Of a DNA stretch of 64,000 nt, positions 36,808-47,006 are shown in pieces. A program made the position numbers and the translations under genes. The DNA comes from an uncultured Nitrososphaerales archaeon (GTDB taxonomy: Archaea; Thermoproteota; Nitrososphaeria; Nitrososphaerales; Gagatemarchaeaceae). How positions within the stretch are numbered: the stretch's first letter is position 1; each line of letters begins with the position of its first letter. The notes beneath the pieces are model-generated. The model made no database searches and had not been told where the DNA came from. It was given only the letters and a program-made list of their open reading frames with translations. The stretch lies in the NCBI GenBank assembly GCA_963706445.1, contig OY970160.1, forward strand, positions 576,001 to 640,000. Reading direction: 5' to 3'.

Positions 36808-37515
36808 TTGAAGAACACAGCGGTGTATGCTGCGTCTGTATCTGTGGTAGTCGTCCTGGCTCTTGCAGCCGTCCTTCTGGTCGGCTCGCTGAGTTCAAAT
36901 GGCGGTGGCTTCATGAACACTAGTCCGACGAGCATCAGGGCGACCAACTCCATCCAGGGTGAAAACCAGACCATATTCGCCACATACAACAGCTCGTTCA
37001 ACACAATGACATATTCGAGTTCCTCTGCGACTCCGACCTGGACGGTTTCGAGCAGCACCTCCACCGCAGCTTCGCAGTCTCAGTCCGATGGTGGGTCGTT
37101 CACCTACACTTCATCCGATCAGATGAAGGTCCTTTCGGTGGCCGCTGCGGTATCAGTCGAAGGGTCAGGGGACTCGATTGTGAGGTTCGTAGTCCAGTTC
37201 CAGAACGTCGGCTCGGCTCCCATCTATGTCACGTCAGGGGGCGGAAGCGGGTTGACCTTGAACCTGACATCAGGTGCCTCTCTTGTGAAGACAATGCCGA
37301 GTCCCAGGTGCGAAATAGCCGTGGCTCTGGGCCCGTTGAGCCCGGGCGCCAACGCTACGGAATCGATGCCCGGATGTTGGAGCGGATACTACTATCAACT
37401 GGTCCAAGCTGGGACCATCGGGGTCCATATGACCTTGGCATGGTCGAACGGGACTGTCGGAGGAGGGGGCGGTTCCCTTCAGATCAATGCAGAGATCAGC
37501 CTCGGTCTGGGCTGA
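36808..37515 (+). CDS. membrane-anchored surface protein with Ser/Thr-rich linker
   Basis: N-terminal TM, S/T-rich stalk and a beta-rich domain with a Cys pair. Confidence 0.7.
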   Translation: MKNTAVYAASVSVVVVLALAAVLLVGSLSSNGGGFMNTSPTSIRATNSIQGENQTIFATYNSSFNTMTYSSSSATPTWTVSSSTSTAASQSQSDGGSFTYTSSDQMKVLSVAAAVSVEGSGDSIVRFVVQFQNVGSAPIYVTSGGGSGLTLNLTSGASLVKTMPSPRCEIAVALGPLSPGANATESMPGCWSGYYYQLVQAGTIGVHMTLAWSNGTVGGGGGSLQINAEISLGLG

Positions 37516-37574
37516 CCAAAAACCGGGGAGCTCCATCGAAGGGTTCGCCCCTCGAGGAGCGCTTTGATGTGTCG

Positions 37575-39653
37575 CTATGGACTAAGCGAGTTTATCGATG
37601 TACCCCAGTTCGCATTGGTGTCTCTTGTACCACCGCAGGTGGGGTCCTTACCGAACGCAGTCAGGTCGCAATTGGGGTGTTGGATGTACTCTGTAGCGAA
37701 GAAGAACTTGCCCGTCCCGGGGTCGTAGACCACTTGACCGTAGTCTCCCCATCGAGGCCTAGTCGTCAGGTCCGCACCCGTGACCGAGTAGCCCTGGTAT
37801 TCTGTGAAGCCGTCCTGTGGGGACGCACCTAGGGCAGAGACATGGATGACGTTCGACGCTCCAAGCATAAGGTAGGCGCTGCTTGGGTAGAAGCCTCCGC
37901 TGTCAGCACCCGTCGGACCGCCGTTCCCCGAAAGGGTGAATGACATGAGAACGCTGCTAGGTGTCGCCGCGACCGACGGGAACTCCATGTCCTCGTGGGC
38001 GGCTGTGACGACGCCCTGGGCGGCGAAGCCGAAGTGGACTCCCGAGTTCATGTTGTTAGCCTCGATGTCCCAGTAGGTTGCTCCAAGGTGATATTCGAAT
38101 GTTGTCTTGCCGAATGTCTGGTTCACTACTGTGCTAACTGCGGTCCAGAGGTCTCCGTTCGAGTAGAACGCCTGAGTTGCACCGTCACCGTTGGAAGCTA
38201 TCCCTGACTCTGGACAGGAGATCACACCAGTCGCAAGCCCATAGGCAACGCAGTTGGATCCGAGTGGGATTAAGCCAACCTTCTGGGCACCAAGGCCGCA
38301 GAAGGTGCTTACGGTTGCGTAATTGCTTGCGAGGCACGGAGCTCCTTCGTCCTGATAGGTGACGTGGCCTGTGAGCAGCGACCCTCCGAATTCGATGCTA
38401 CTGCACTTGCTGCAGCCTACGCTGTTGAGGGCTGAAAGGCCCGTCCAGTCGAAGGTCGCAACCCGGTTGTCACCGAATCCTAGGAAGTCCAGCGAGGCCA
38501 CCATGAACCCAGTTCCGCCATTGCTGTTATCGTATTGCGATGGATCGGTTGTCTGGGCTGGGATGACCTGGTACCACGCGGATGGTGGCAACGGGCTCGG
38601 TTGGAATGCACCGTTTGCAGGTATCGCCAGATTGGCGTTGGTGCCCATGTTCTCGTAGGCCACATTGACCTTGACGTGTCCGTTTTCAAGGGCGTTCTTG
38701 TCGAAGGCATATTGTTGCACTCCGTTTAGGGCGCCGGTGAGCAGGCTGTACTCATCGTAGAACAGCTGTAACGCGTCCCTGGTTGTCGCTGTCTTCGCGT
38801 AGTCGTTCAGGAGGTATCCTGCACCTGGATCACTGTTGACCTTGTTGGGGTCGAGGAAGTAGACGTAGTACGCTCCCATCGGGTTGTTGGTGACGCTTAC
38901 CGCGATCCCTTCACGACATCCATCCAGAAGGCCGACGAAGCAGCCCGCAAATGGGCCGCCTGCTGCTTCCGGTGTGGTGGAGACGAATTGGGTGATGAAC
39001 CAGTGCCCGCCGTTGGCGTAGTCGTACTGGCACATGATGTCACCGCCGCTGCTCCAACCCTTGGCGGTTAGGCCCATGAGGCTGTCGAGGGGAATCACCC
39101 CTGACACCGGGCTAAGAGCCGAGTTGAACACCTGAACTTCACCCTGGTTCAACGGTTCTACCACGTAGCCATTGCCGGCACAGAGGCCCTGGTCCGGAGG
39201 CTCGACGGTGCCGTATAGCGCACCCAAGGACTGAGAATTCAGGAGGTTGTCGTAGGCGTTGACCGCGTTGCCATTGGTGCTTGCGGCCGACGTCAGGCTG
39301 ATTGAGTCACAGCCAGATACGCCAGACAAGCAGTTGACCTTTGGTGGAACGTTCGAAAGTGGGGACGGGTCCGCCCCTCGGTTTGGCTTTGAGTTCAGGT
39401 TTGGCATCGCCGCATGATGAAGGTTCGTCGAAGTGACCGCCGCGGTGCTGACCGAAGTCGAGGGCTCCACCAAGGTAGGGCCGCTCAGAAACGCGCTGGC
39501 CGAGCCGACGAAGGTGGGGGCCGACGGAGTGAAGTTGAACGTGACGTTTGCAGTAACATTGGACGCTGCCGAGACCAACGGGATTGAGATTCCGCTTAGC
39601 ACGAGTGTTGACATGATTGCGAGTGTTGCAAGAGTTGTTCTAGAAAATTTCAT
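37575..39653 (-). CDS. large secreted Cys-containing beta-rich protein
   Basis: Signal peptide, EPPDQGLCAGNGYVVE and RWGDY motifs. Confidence 0.75.
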   Translation of the reverse strand: MKFSRTTLATLAIMSTLVLSGISIPLVSAASNVTANVTFNFTPSAPTFVGSASAFLSGPTLVEPSTSVSTAAVTSTNLHHAAMPNLNSKPNRGADPSPLSNVPPKVNCLSGVSGCDSISLTSAASTNGNAVNAYDNLLNSQSLGALYGTVEPPDQGLCAGNGYVVEPLNQGEVQVFNSALSPVSGVIPLDSLMGLTAKGWSSGGDIMCQYDYANGGHWFITQFVSTTPEAAGGPFAGCFVGLLDGCREGIAVSVTNNPMGAYYVYFLDPNKVNSDPGAGYLLNDYAKTATTRDALQLFYDEYSLLTGALNGVQQYAFDKNALENGHVKVNVAYENMGTNANLAIPANGAFQPSPLPPSAWYQVIPAQTTDPSQYDNSNGGTGFMVASLDFLGFGDNRVATFDWTGLSALNSVGCSKCSSIEFGGSLLTGHVTYQDEGAPCLASNYATVSTFCGLGAQKVGLIPLGSNCVAYGLATGVISCPESGIASNGDGATQAFYSNGDLWTAVSTVVNQTFGKTTFEYHLGATYWDIEANNMNSGVHFGFAAQGVVTAAHEDMEFPSVAATPSSVLMSFTLSGNGGPTGADSGGFYPSSAYLMLGASNVIHVSALGASPQDGFTEYQGYSVTGADLTTRPRWGDYGQVVYDPGTGKFFFATEYIQHPNCDLTAFGKDPTCGGTRDTNANWGTSINSLSP

Positions 39654-39823
39654 CTTTTCAATCTGAATTAGTGGACGAGATTATTTAAGGAATCCTTGAT
39701 ATAACTAAACGATGTGATGGTCTAGATTATCTCGCGGGTTAATAAACTCCTAGTTTCGGTCGTGGGAAACCTGACCATGTATTGACCGGGAGCCTTGATA
39801 AGGGGCGATGGGGCAGGCCCTAC

Positions 39824-40018
39824 ATGCCCAAGGAAATCAAGTCGAAGGACGAGTTTCAGAAGCTGCTGGGAAGCGCAACTGAGATCAGAGTGTCCCGCCG
39901 CGGAGATGATGCAAAGATCAAGCTAAGGACCAAGGAGTACCTTTACACCTTGAATACTACAACGGCAGACGCAGATTCCATGATCAAGGGGACCAAGGTC
40001 CCCGTTGCAGAGTTCTAG
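39824..40018 (+). CDS. rpl38e: 50S ribosomal protein L38e
   Basis: MPKEIKSKDEF...KIKLRTKEYLYTL matches the eL38 pattern. ATG 39824. Confidence 0.8.
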   Translation: MPKEIKSKDEFQKLLGSATEIRVSRRGDDAKIKLRTKEYLYTLNTTTADADSMIKGTKVPVAEF

Positions 40019-40019
40019 A

Positions 40020-40883
40020 CTACAGCATCCGGGAGCCAATCACGATGATCCCTAGGAGCATTGGGATCGGAAGGCCTGGGAGGAGCCTCCTCTTCGAAAG
40101 TAGGTAGAGGGTAATTACCATGCCTATATCAATGGCCAGCACCGTGTATAGCGACTGCAGGACCCCGAATTGGTAGAGGGCAAGCGAAGGGAGGAGGGTA
40201 TAGAAGACGACGTCGCCGAGTCCCAGGGTGAACTCGCCTGCCTTTATCGACATTCCCACCAGAGCGACCCCAGGGGCGGTGCCAATGAGCGCCTTGAGCG
40301 GCCCTTTGAAAACGGCGTAGATGTCGTAGATGGAAAAGGCGATGGGGAGGGCAAGCGCGGTCCAGGGGGAAAGGGTCTCCGCGAAGAAGCTCCCAACCTC
40401 CGCTCCAACGAAAGCCAGAATGATGGTCGAGAGCCAGGGCTTGTTCTCGACGAATATCGTATACGCGATTAGTATCACTGCGAGGGAGGCGACACCGAAC
40501 GTCACGGGCAGCTCGAAGATTGGAGGAAGATAGTCTACCGCGAAAACGTCAGCAGTCACCAGCGTGAGTATGAAGGCGGAGAATGCGACCGAACCGAAGA
40601 CTACCAGTTTGAAGGAGGTCACCATCTTGCGTCGAAGCAACCATACGAGGCCAAGTGTCAGAGCGAAGGCGAAGCCGACGAGAATGATTGCGTTGAGGGC
40701 TGACCCCGGGGCAGAGGTCCCTGCGGGCGCGTAGCTCGGCCCCGTGCTCTCGACGATGCTGCTGTAGACGGGACTGTTCTCGTTGGTGATTAGGAGCCCG
40801 GCTAACTGGATAAAGAGAACGACCACGGCTGCCTTGAGCAGGTTTCCCGGGGTAACCTTCTTCTGGGGTAGCTCGTCGCTCAA
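40020..40883 (-). CDS. presenilin-family (GxGD) intramembrane aspartyl protease
   Basis: YDIYAVF, LGLGD and LPGLP motifs. TTG 40883 overlaps the upstream stop. Confidence 0.9.
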   Translation of the reverse strand: MSDELPQKKVTPGNLLKAAVVVLFIQLAGLLITNENSPVYSSIVESTGPSYAPAGTSAPGSALNAIILVGFAFALTLGLVWLLRRKMVTSFKLVVFGSVAFSAFILTLVTADVFAVDYLPPIFELPVTFGVASLAVILIAYTIFVENKPWLSTIILAFVGAEVGSFFAETLSPWTALALPIAFSIYDIYAVFKGPLKALIGTAPGVALVGMSIKAGEFTLGLGDVVFYTLLPSLALYQFGVLQSLYTVLAIDIGMVITLYLLSKRRLLPGLPIPMLLGIIVIGSRML

Positions 40884-42136
40884 ACCGTGAATTCTTGCCC
40901 AGGCATCGCGGCCGTTGCCTCGGCGCCGAATCCGGTGTGTAGCTCCTCCGCGAGTGCAATGCACGATTCTTCCTCCCCGTGCACGGTCAGGAACTTGGGA
41001 CTGCCGCCTATCCCTTTCAAGTCGCTGAGGAGTGATGACCTCCCACTGTGTGACGAAAAGTCGAAGCGCCTAACTTCGGCTTTCACCTTTGTCGGCTTCC
41101 CCCTATAGATGGTAAGCCCCTTGTCGATCAAAGTCCTGCCCGGAGTGCCAGGCACCTGGAAGCTCACGATCGAAATCCCATTCTTTTCTCCCATCGAAAG
41201 GTGTTCGTTGTAGAATATCGACGCCCCGCCAACGAGCATTCCTGCTGGTGAAATAATGACTCCCGGCTCCCTGATCAGCCGCCTTCGCTGGGTCCAGCTT
41301 GTGACTTCCTCCATGGTCTCGAGGGTCCTTCGGAGTGCCGCTGGGTCCTTTAGGTACTCCTGGTACCTCAGGAGAATCCCATTCACCTTGAGCGCCATTC
41401 CGTCCATGGCTATGGGGTGCCTGAATCCGGACTTTACTAGAGTCATGGCGATCTCCTGGGCCCTGCCCACCGAGAAAGCAGGGACAAGTAGAATCCCACC
41501 ACGCTCCACCACTTCGTTGGCGAACGCAGCCAACTCGGTTTCAGCCTTCGCCCTTCCAGGATGGTCGGCCGTCGCATAGGTGCTCTCGGTTATCACCATG
41601 TCCGCCTCCCCTAGGTTCTTCCAAGAGCCTGCCAGCAAGTTCGACTCTTCTCCGTTGATGTCCCCGGTGTAGATGAGGCGCTTGTTTCCTGCTTCGACTG
41701 CGATTACGGCCGAGCCTGGGATGTGGCCGGCGTCGAAGAACTCTATCTTGAAGTCTCCGACCTGGAACGGCTCCATGTACCCATGGTTTACGGTGTTGGA
41801 GTTCATCGCCATCAGATCTAGAAACTCGAACGGAAGGTATTGACCTGAGATCTTGATGAAATCCTGAATTAGAATGTTGGAGAGTTCGGAGGTCACCGGA
41901 GTGGCATGAAGCCTCATGTTGCCGCTCAGGAAGTTCAGGGGAGCGGCCCCCGAGTGGTCGAGGTGGGCGTGGCTGAGGACCACGGCCTTGATGTCTCTGG
42001 GCGCCACGTGCATGGGGAACCCTGGCACCTTCGTAGTCATAGCGCCGTAGTCGAGCAGGATCTTGCTGTCTTTGTGCGTTACCAAAAACGCGGAGCGGCC
42101 GACCTGCCTGGCGGCCCCCAGAACCTTCACTTCCAT
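40880..42136 (-). CDS. beta-CASP ribonuclease (aCPSF2-like)
   Basis: GAARQVGRS, SHAHLDHSG, AGHIPGS, ESTY, PAFSVGRAQE, FSSH and VHGE motifs. Confidence 0.93.
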   Translation of the reverse strand: MEVKVLGAARQVGRSAFLVTHKDSKILLDYGAMTTKVPGFPMHVAPRDIKAVVLSHAHLDHSGAAPLNFLSGNMRLHATPVTSELSNILIQDFIKISGQYLPFEFLDLMAMNSNTVNHGYMEPFQVGDFKIEFFDAGHIPGSAVIAVEAGNKRLIYTGDINGEESNLLAGSWKNLGEADMVITESTYATADHPGRAKAETELAAFANEVVERGGILLVPAFSVGRAQEIAMTLVKSGFRHPIAMDGMALKVNGILLRYQEYLKDPAALRRTLETMEEVTSWTQRRRLIREPGVIISPAGMLVGGASIFYNEHLSMGEKNGISIVSFQVPGTPGRTLIDKGLTIYRGKPTKVKAEVRRFDFSSHSGRSSLLSDLKGIGGSPKFLTVHGEEESCIALAEELHTGFGAEATAAMPGQEFTV

Positions 42137-42251
42137 TTAATCGTAAACTCTAAAATTACACGGAGATTTCAATGTCTTTAAGCCTTTCTGATGAAACGAG
42201 CAAATCTTTTGTCGGCGACAGTTCTCAATCCATAAATATCTCATTGCCTTT

Positions 42252-45200
42252 TTGGTTTCATTTGTTTGCCACGGAGGTGCTAGGCTGAGCCTTTCCCTGT
42301 CAAGGATACTTTCCACCTTCATCCTTCTGTTGCTTGCAACACAGTTCGCCGTCGCCCTGCCCATATCTGCCCAACCTGCGGTGACTGGTTCTGGCCCCGT
42401 TCCGTTCCAAGGGTTCAGGCCCTCCGGCGCGGCCCCCCAGGATCAGACGATACTGGGTACGATCGCGCTCCCGCTTACAAACCTCGGAGCCCTTGACACC
42501 TTCATCACCCAGGTCTCCGACCCCTCGTCTCCTGCATACAGGCACTTCCTCACTCCCCAGGAAGCGCAAGAGTTTCTCCCGACGGCGGCCTACGCTTCCC
42601 TGCTTTCACGCATTGGCGGCACCGGTCTTCAGGTGCTGATGACGGCCCTCGATTCGTTGGTCGTCGTCTCGGGGACAGTTTCGCAATTTGAGGAGGCCTT
42701 CGGCGGCACCGTGGACTCCTATACCAATGGCACCTACTCCTACTACGCGTCCTCTGGAGCCCAGGCCTTTGACGGGGCGTATGTTTACGCTTCCAACGCG
42801 ACGTTCTTGTTCGAAAGACCAGCCCTATCCTCCATCGAAACCACAGGCTCGAACGTCACCTTCACTCAGGGATCCTTCTCGGCAAGCAAGCTGCAAACCG
42901 TCTACAATGCCACCACCCTTTACGCGGATGGAGATACGGGAAGCGGACAGACCGTGGGCCTCCTGGACTTCTATGGTTCTCCAACAATCGCAAACGATCT
43001 CGGCCTCTTTGACCGCACCTTCGGCTTCCAGGACCCGCACCTGGAGGTAATTCCCCTGGGACCCTACGACCCCAACCTTGGAGCAAACGTCGGCTGGAGC
43101 TCCGAGATCTCCCTGGACGTTGAAGTGTCGCACGCCATGGCCCCAGGCGCGGCCATCGACCTCTACGTAGCCAACGGGGCCCTTCCTTTGGCAGCAGCCC
43201 TGGCCAAGATCGTGCAAGATGACAGGGTGACAACTCTCTCCCAGAGTTTCGGGACACCGGAATGGTATTACTCGCTCTCCTCGGATTTGGGGGGGCCCTC
43301 GTTCTTCGCGATGAACGCCCTGATTCCTGACCAATACTACGCCCTAGGCTCGGCCGAGGGCATCACCTTCTTGTCCTCGTCGGGGGACGGAGGAGGAAAC
43401 GGATTCAGTTCAGGCCCCGAGGGAGACCTGCAGTATCCATCGAGTTCGCCCTTTGTCACTTCGGTCGGCGGTACCCAGACCTATTTCAGCCAGACACCTT
43501 CCGGTGGGATAAGCTTCCGCCAGACAGCCTGGTCCAACATCGGCTACGTCCCCAACGAAGTCAACCAGGGGGGCGGGGAAGGAGGGGTGAGCATACTCGA
43601 GCCCAAACCGTGGTACCAGTCGCAACAGGCAACTCCTCCATCCTTCCCTGGAGGTAGGGAGAACCCCGACCTCGCGTTGCAGGCTGGGGTGGACCCGGGT
43701 ACGCTGATAGTCGACTCGGGCAAAGTGGTGGGGATCGGGGGGACTTCGGAGGCTTCTCCTCTGCTCGCCGGTCTTCTGACGCTCACCGCGCAATCCTTGA
43801 AGGGCAGCCTCGGACTTATCAACCCGGTCATCTACAAGATAGGCAACGACCAGGCCGAGTACTCCAAGGCCTTCAGCCCCATCACCTTCGGCTATACGAT
43901 TCCATGGAGAGCATCCCCGGGGTACAATCTGGCGACCGGGTGGGGCGCCCCCAACATCGGCGAGCTAACGGGATTCTTCAAATCGTCGAGCAACGGTCTC
44001 GAGATACGAGGAGAGATCTCAAACTCCTCCGGCAAAGGCCAGGTGGAGTACACCCTCGGTCAGAACCTGACCCTGAACGCAAAAGTGTCCCAGGGCGGAA
44101 TGGTCGTCACGACGGGGACGTTCACAATGAACATTCAGACCCTCGGAGGTACGTTCAGCCCCACGAAGATGGCATTTGACCCGGCGTCTGGGAACTGGAC
44201 CGGAGGAATCACCCTGGGAACTGAGTCTGGACTGGCCTACGTGAACATGTTCGGCATGTCCGGGAGCGGAGATTCAGGCCAGGCCATGGGAGTCATTTTC
44301 GCAGGTTACCTGGGATCGATAGAGGTACCCGGGTCCCCGTACGTTATTTCCACGGACCCGTGGTCCTGGAACTCTTCGGCACCCCTGAAACTCACCATCG
44401 CCGCCACAGACCTAGAAGGGCGCCCGGCACCCCCGGGGAACCTCACCCTATCGGTTGAGGCCTACTCGTTCACCTCAAACGAGTACAAGAACTCCAGTTC
44501 GGCTACCTTCATGGGAACCGGGTCGGGGACCTACGTGGGATCTCTGACGAAGCCTGTTCCTTCAGGCCCAATGACCCTCATCGCCGGTGGGGACCTCTAC
44601 AGCTACGCGCCCGCGGTCTTCGGCATATACCTACAGTCAAGCTACATCTATCCTGAGGTCGCCGCCGAACCCGGCTCCGCAGCCCCTGGCCAGTACCTGA
44701 CAATAATCGCCAACCCTATTCCTCCCGTGAACGTCTACTTTGAGACTTCCCTGGAGACGGGGAGGCTCTTCGCACAGGACGTGCTGGTCGGCTCCAACGT
44801 TTCGGCAACCCTGGTCAGTCCGTCGGGAGAGGCGGTATCCATTGCCGACCTGCACTACCAACCATGCGCCCAGGCCCTGAGGGTTTGCAACGGTGGGTCG
44901 GACGCCATCTACGGCCAGCTTAGTGTCCCCGAAGGATCGCAACCAGGCCTGTACACCGTCCAGCTTCACGCTAGCTACATGTCCTTTACGGCCGGAGGCA
45001 ACCTGACGGGCAACTTCTACGGCCAGGTGTGGGTATCGGGGCCCGAGATAACGCCCTCCATCTCGATATCCTCAGGCTATGTACACGTCTCTCCAGACTA
45101 CGCCATCGGTCAAACCAGCGGCCAGGACGGTGAACTTTTCCAGGGCGAGCCCGCCCACATCGTGGCGAGCATAGCATACTCCAACGGGACCCAGGCGAAA

Positions 45201-46244
45201 TTCGGCGAGTATTCCGCCATCGTATATCCGGCCTCGCTTGCGGGCCAGTACACTACTCTGATGCACGATGAATATGCGGCAGGTCAGCTAGTCCAGCTCG
45301 AATACGACCCCGGGATCGGGAAATGGGTTGGCAACGTCACACTCCCGAGTTCAGCAGACCAGGGCAGTCTTGCGGGGCTCGCAATAAATTCCTTCGACTA
45401 CTCCGGGCCCTACGACGCCTTTGTCACTGGGCTTGCCTGGGACGGCACACCGACCACCTCCGCCCTTGGCGCCCAGCAACCGTTCTTCGTTTCAGACTAC
45501 CAGTATTACTCCGGAAGCGGCCCTTGGCCATCGACGGGCTCCCAAATTGCCTTCGACAATTCCGCCGTGCCGACCGGAGTCCCTTTGAGCGGCGATTATT
45601 TCATAGGCACAAACACGATCGCCGGTGGAAATGTCGTCATCACAGACTCTATCTTCAGGGGCAACCTGACCATAATGGACTCGAACGTCACCCTGGTGGG
45701 GGTGAACGGCGGGGACTTCAATGCGAGCGGAAGTGGGCTGACTTTCAAGGATTCCAGCGTAGGCTCCGTGACGCTCGTTCATTCCAACATCACCCTGGTC
45801 GATTCCTCTTTCGGTTCAATCAACCCGTCCCTCCCCACGGTCTCAGTCAGCGGGCTGACCGAGCCGATAGGTGGATTGGCCAACTACACGGTGACGATTT
45901 CTGGCGCCGACTTGGCGTCTCCATACCTGTCCGCATGGATCGACGGAAGTAAGATCAGCCTGACGTCCCCGGTCATCACTGGGAACCCGGGCGTCCCTGC
46001 CCATGTGGCGGTCGATGGAAGCATCGACGCGTCCACATTGAACGATGGGGTCCACACGCTCACAGTGACAGTCTCGCAGTCTGACGGGCTCTCTTCGACC
46101 CTCGTTTCCTCGTTCAGCACGAACGCCCATGTGGCGTCGGTGGCGAGCCAGGCGACGGAGCTGTTCTATTTGGTCTACATCCTCCTACTTGTTTCCTTGA
46201 TTGGCCTTGTCGCAGGAGTCCTCGCCGCGAAACGCGGCCATTAG
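42252..46244 (+). CDS. membrane-anchored S53 (sedolisin/kumamolisin) protease with long C-terminal extension
   Basis: Pro-domain, EISLD, SSGDGG, GGTS, TGWG.P and a C-terminal TM. Possible true start CTG 42285. Confidence 0.9.
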   Translation: MVSFVCHGGARLSLSLSRILSTFILLLLATQFAVALPISAQPAVTGSGPVPFQGFRPSGAAPQDQTILGTIALPLTNLGALDTFITQVSDPSSPAYRHFLTPQEAQEFLPTAAYASLLSRIGGTGLQVLMTALDSLVVVSGTVSQFEEAFGGTVDSYTNGTYSYYASSGAQAFDGAYVYASNATFLFERPALSSIETTGSNVTFTQGSFSASKLQTVYNATTLYADGDTGSGQTVGLLDFYGSPTIANDLGLFDRTFGFQDPHLEVIPLGPYDPNLGANVGWSSEISLDVEVSHAMAPGAAIDLYVANGALPLAAALAKIVQDDRVTTLSQSFGTPEWYYSLSSDLGGPSFFAMNALIPDQYYALGSAEGITFLSSSGDGGGNGFSSGPEGDLQYPSSSPFVTSVGGTQTYFSQTPSGGISFRQTAWSNIGYVPNEVNQGGGEGGVSILEPKPWYQSQQATPPSFPGGRENPDLALQAGVDPGTLIVDSGKVVGIGGTSEASPLLAGLLTLTAQSLKGSLGLINPVIYKIGNDQAEYSKAFSPITFGYTIPWRASPGYNLATGWGAPNIGELTGFFKSSSNGLEIRGEISNSSGKGQVEYTLGQNLTLNAKVSQGGMVVTTGTFTMNIQTLGGTFSPTKMAFDPASGNWTGGITLGTESGLAYVNMFGMSGSGDSGQAMGVIFAGYLGSIEVPGSPYVISTDPWSWNSSAPLKLTIAATDLEGRPAPPGNLTLSVEAYSFTSNEYKNSSSATFMGTGSGTYVGSLTKPVPSGPMTLIAGGDLYSYAPAVFGIYLQSSYIYPEVAAEPGSAAPGQYLTIIANPIPPVNVYFETSLETGRLFAQDVLVGSNVSATLVSPSGEAVSIADLHYQPCAQALRVCNGGSDAIYGQLSVPEGSQPGLYTVQLHASYMSFTAGGNLTGNFYGQVWVSGPEITPSISISSGYVHVSPDYAIGQTSGQDGELFQGEPAHIVASIAYSNGTQAKFGEYSAIVYPASLAGQYTTLMHDEYAAGQLVQLEYDPGIGKWVGNVTLPSSADQGSLAGLAINSFDYSGPYDAFVTGLAWDGTPTTSALGAQQPFFVSDYQYYSGSGPWPSTGSQIAFDNSAVPTGVPLSGDYFIGTNTIAGGNVVITDSIFRGNLTIMDSNVTLVGVNGGDFNASGSGLTFKDSSVGSVTLVHSNITLVDSSFGSINPSLPTVSVSGLTEPIGGLANYTVTISGADLASPYLSAWIDGSKISLTSPVITGNPGVPAHVAVDGSIDASTLNDGVHTLTVTVSQSDGLSSTLVSSFSTNAHVASVASQATELFYLVYILLLVSLIGLVAGVLAAKRGH

Positions 46245-46310
46245 CGGGAGGCTCTCCGCTTCCCCAGTGCCGCATGTTTAAGACCGCAACCACGCTGGGG
46301 TGAATGCAAA

Positions 46311-47006
46311 ATGAAGGTCATCCCAGCCGGGGCGAGGCTTGACGGTACCTCCTTGATCGCCGGTTTCCATGGAATAGGGGCCACGGGGTATTGGACTGTG
46401 AAGTTCCTCATAACAGAACTGAAGGCCCAGCGGAAATGCTTCATCGACTACGAGTATGCGCCCTCCGTTGCATCACAGATCGACGGCAGGATAGCCACCC
46501 CCTACGAAGTCTTCGTCGCCGGAGAGCTGTCCCTCCTCAAAGCCGAAGTTTCCCCGATCAGGGAAAAGGAGAACGAATTCTATAGGCAACTGGCGGACTG
46601 GGTTATGGTCTCCGGGGTCAGGGAGGTCGTCTTGGTCGGGGGCCTCGACGATGCCCTGAGGAACGACGAGAACCGGTACAAGGTGGCCATGACAAGCGCC
46701 TTCGCGTCCCGCGGGGGCCTCCCTTCGGAACCGCTATTCGAGGAGGACCGGATGATAGTGGGTCCAGTTGCGTCCTTGCTGAACACATTCGAAATGAATT
46801 CCTTCCCCGCTCTGGCCGTCCTGGCCTATTCCAACACGGAAAGGGTCGACCCCAGGGCAGCGGCCTCGGCGGTGGAGTTCCTCTCGAAGAGGTACGGCTT
46901 CACGGCCAACACAGGTCCCTTGATAAAGGGTGCCGAGGTCATCGAGAGTGAGATGAAGATGATCGAGGAGAAGGAGAAGCGCCCCACCGGTTCCGTCTAC
47001 TCCTAG
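46311..47006 (+). CDS. PAC2-family proteasome assembly chaperone
   Basis: AGFHGIGATG, VGGLD, IVGP.A and DPRAAA motifs. Confidence 0.9.
   Translation: MKVIPAGARLDGTSLIAGFHGIGATGYWTVKFLITELKAQRKCFIDYEYAPSVASQIDGRIATPYEVFVAGELSLLKAEVSPIREKENEFYRQLADWVMVSGVREVVLVGGLDDALRNDENRYKVAMTSAFASRGGLPSEPLFEEDRMIVGPVASLLNTFEMNSFPALAVLAYSNTERVDPRAAASAVEFLSKRYGFTANTGPLIKGAEVIESEMKMIEEKEKRPTGSVYS

Noticed and set aside
46939-47006. Convergent 3' overlaps (tgtA/PAC2, 68 nt; gtrA/ileS, 36 nt)
   Set aside because: Common in compact archaeal genomes; the overlapping tails carry no motifs.
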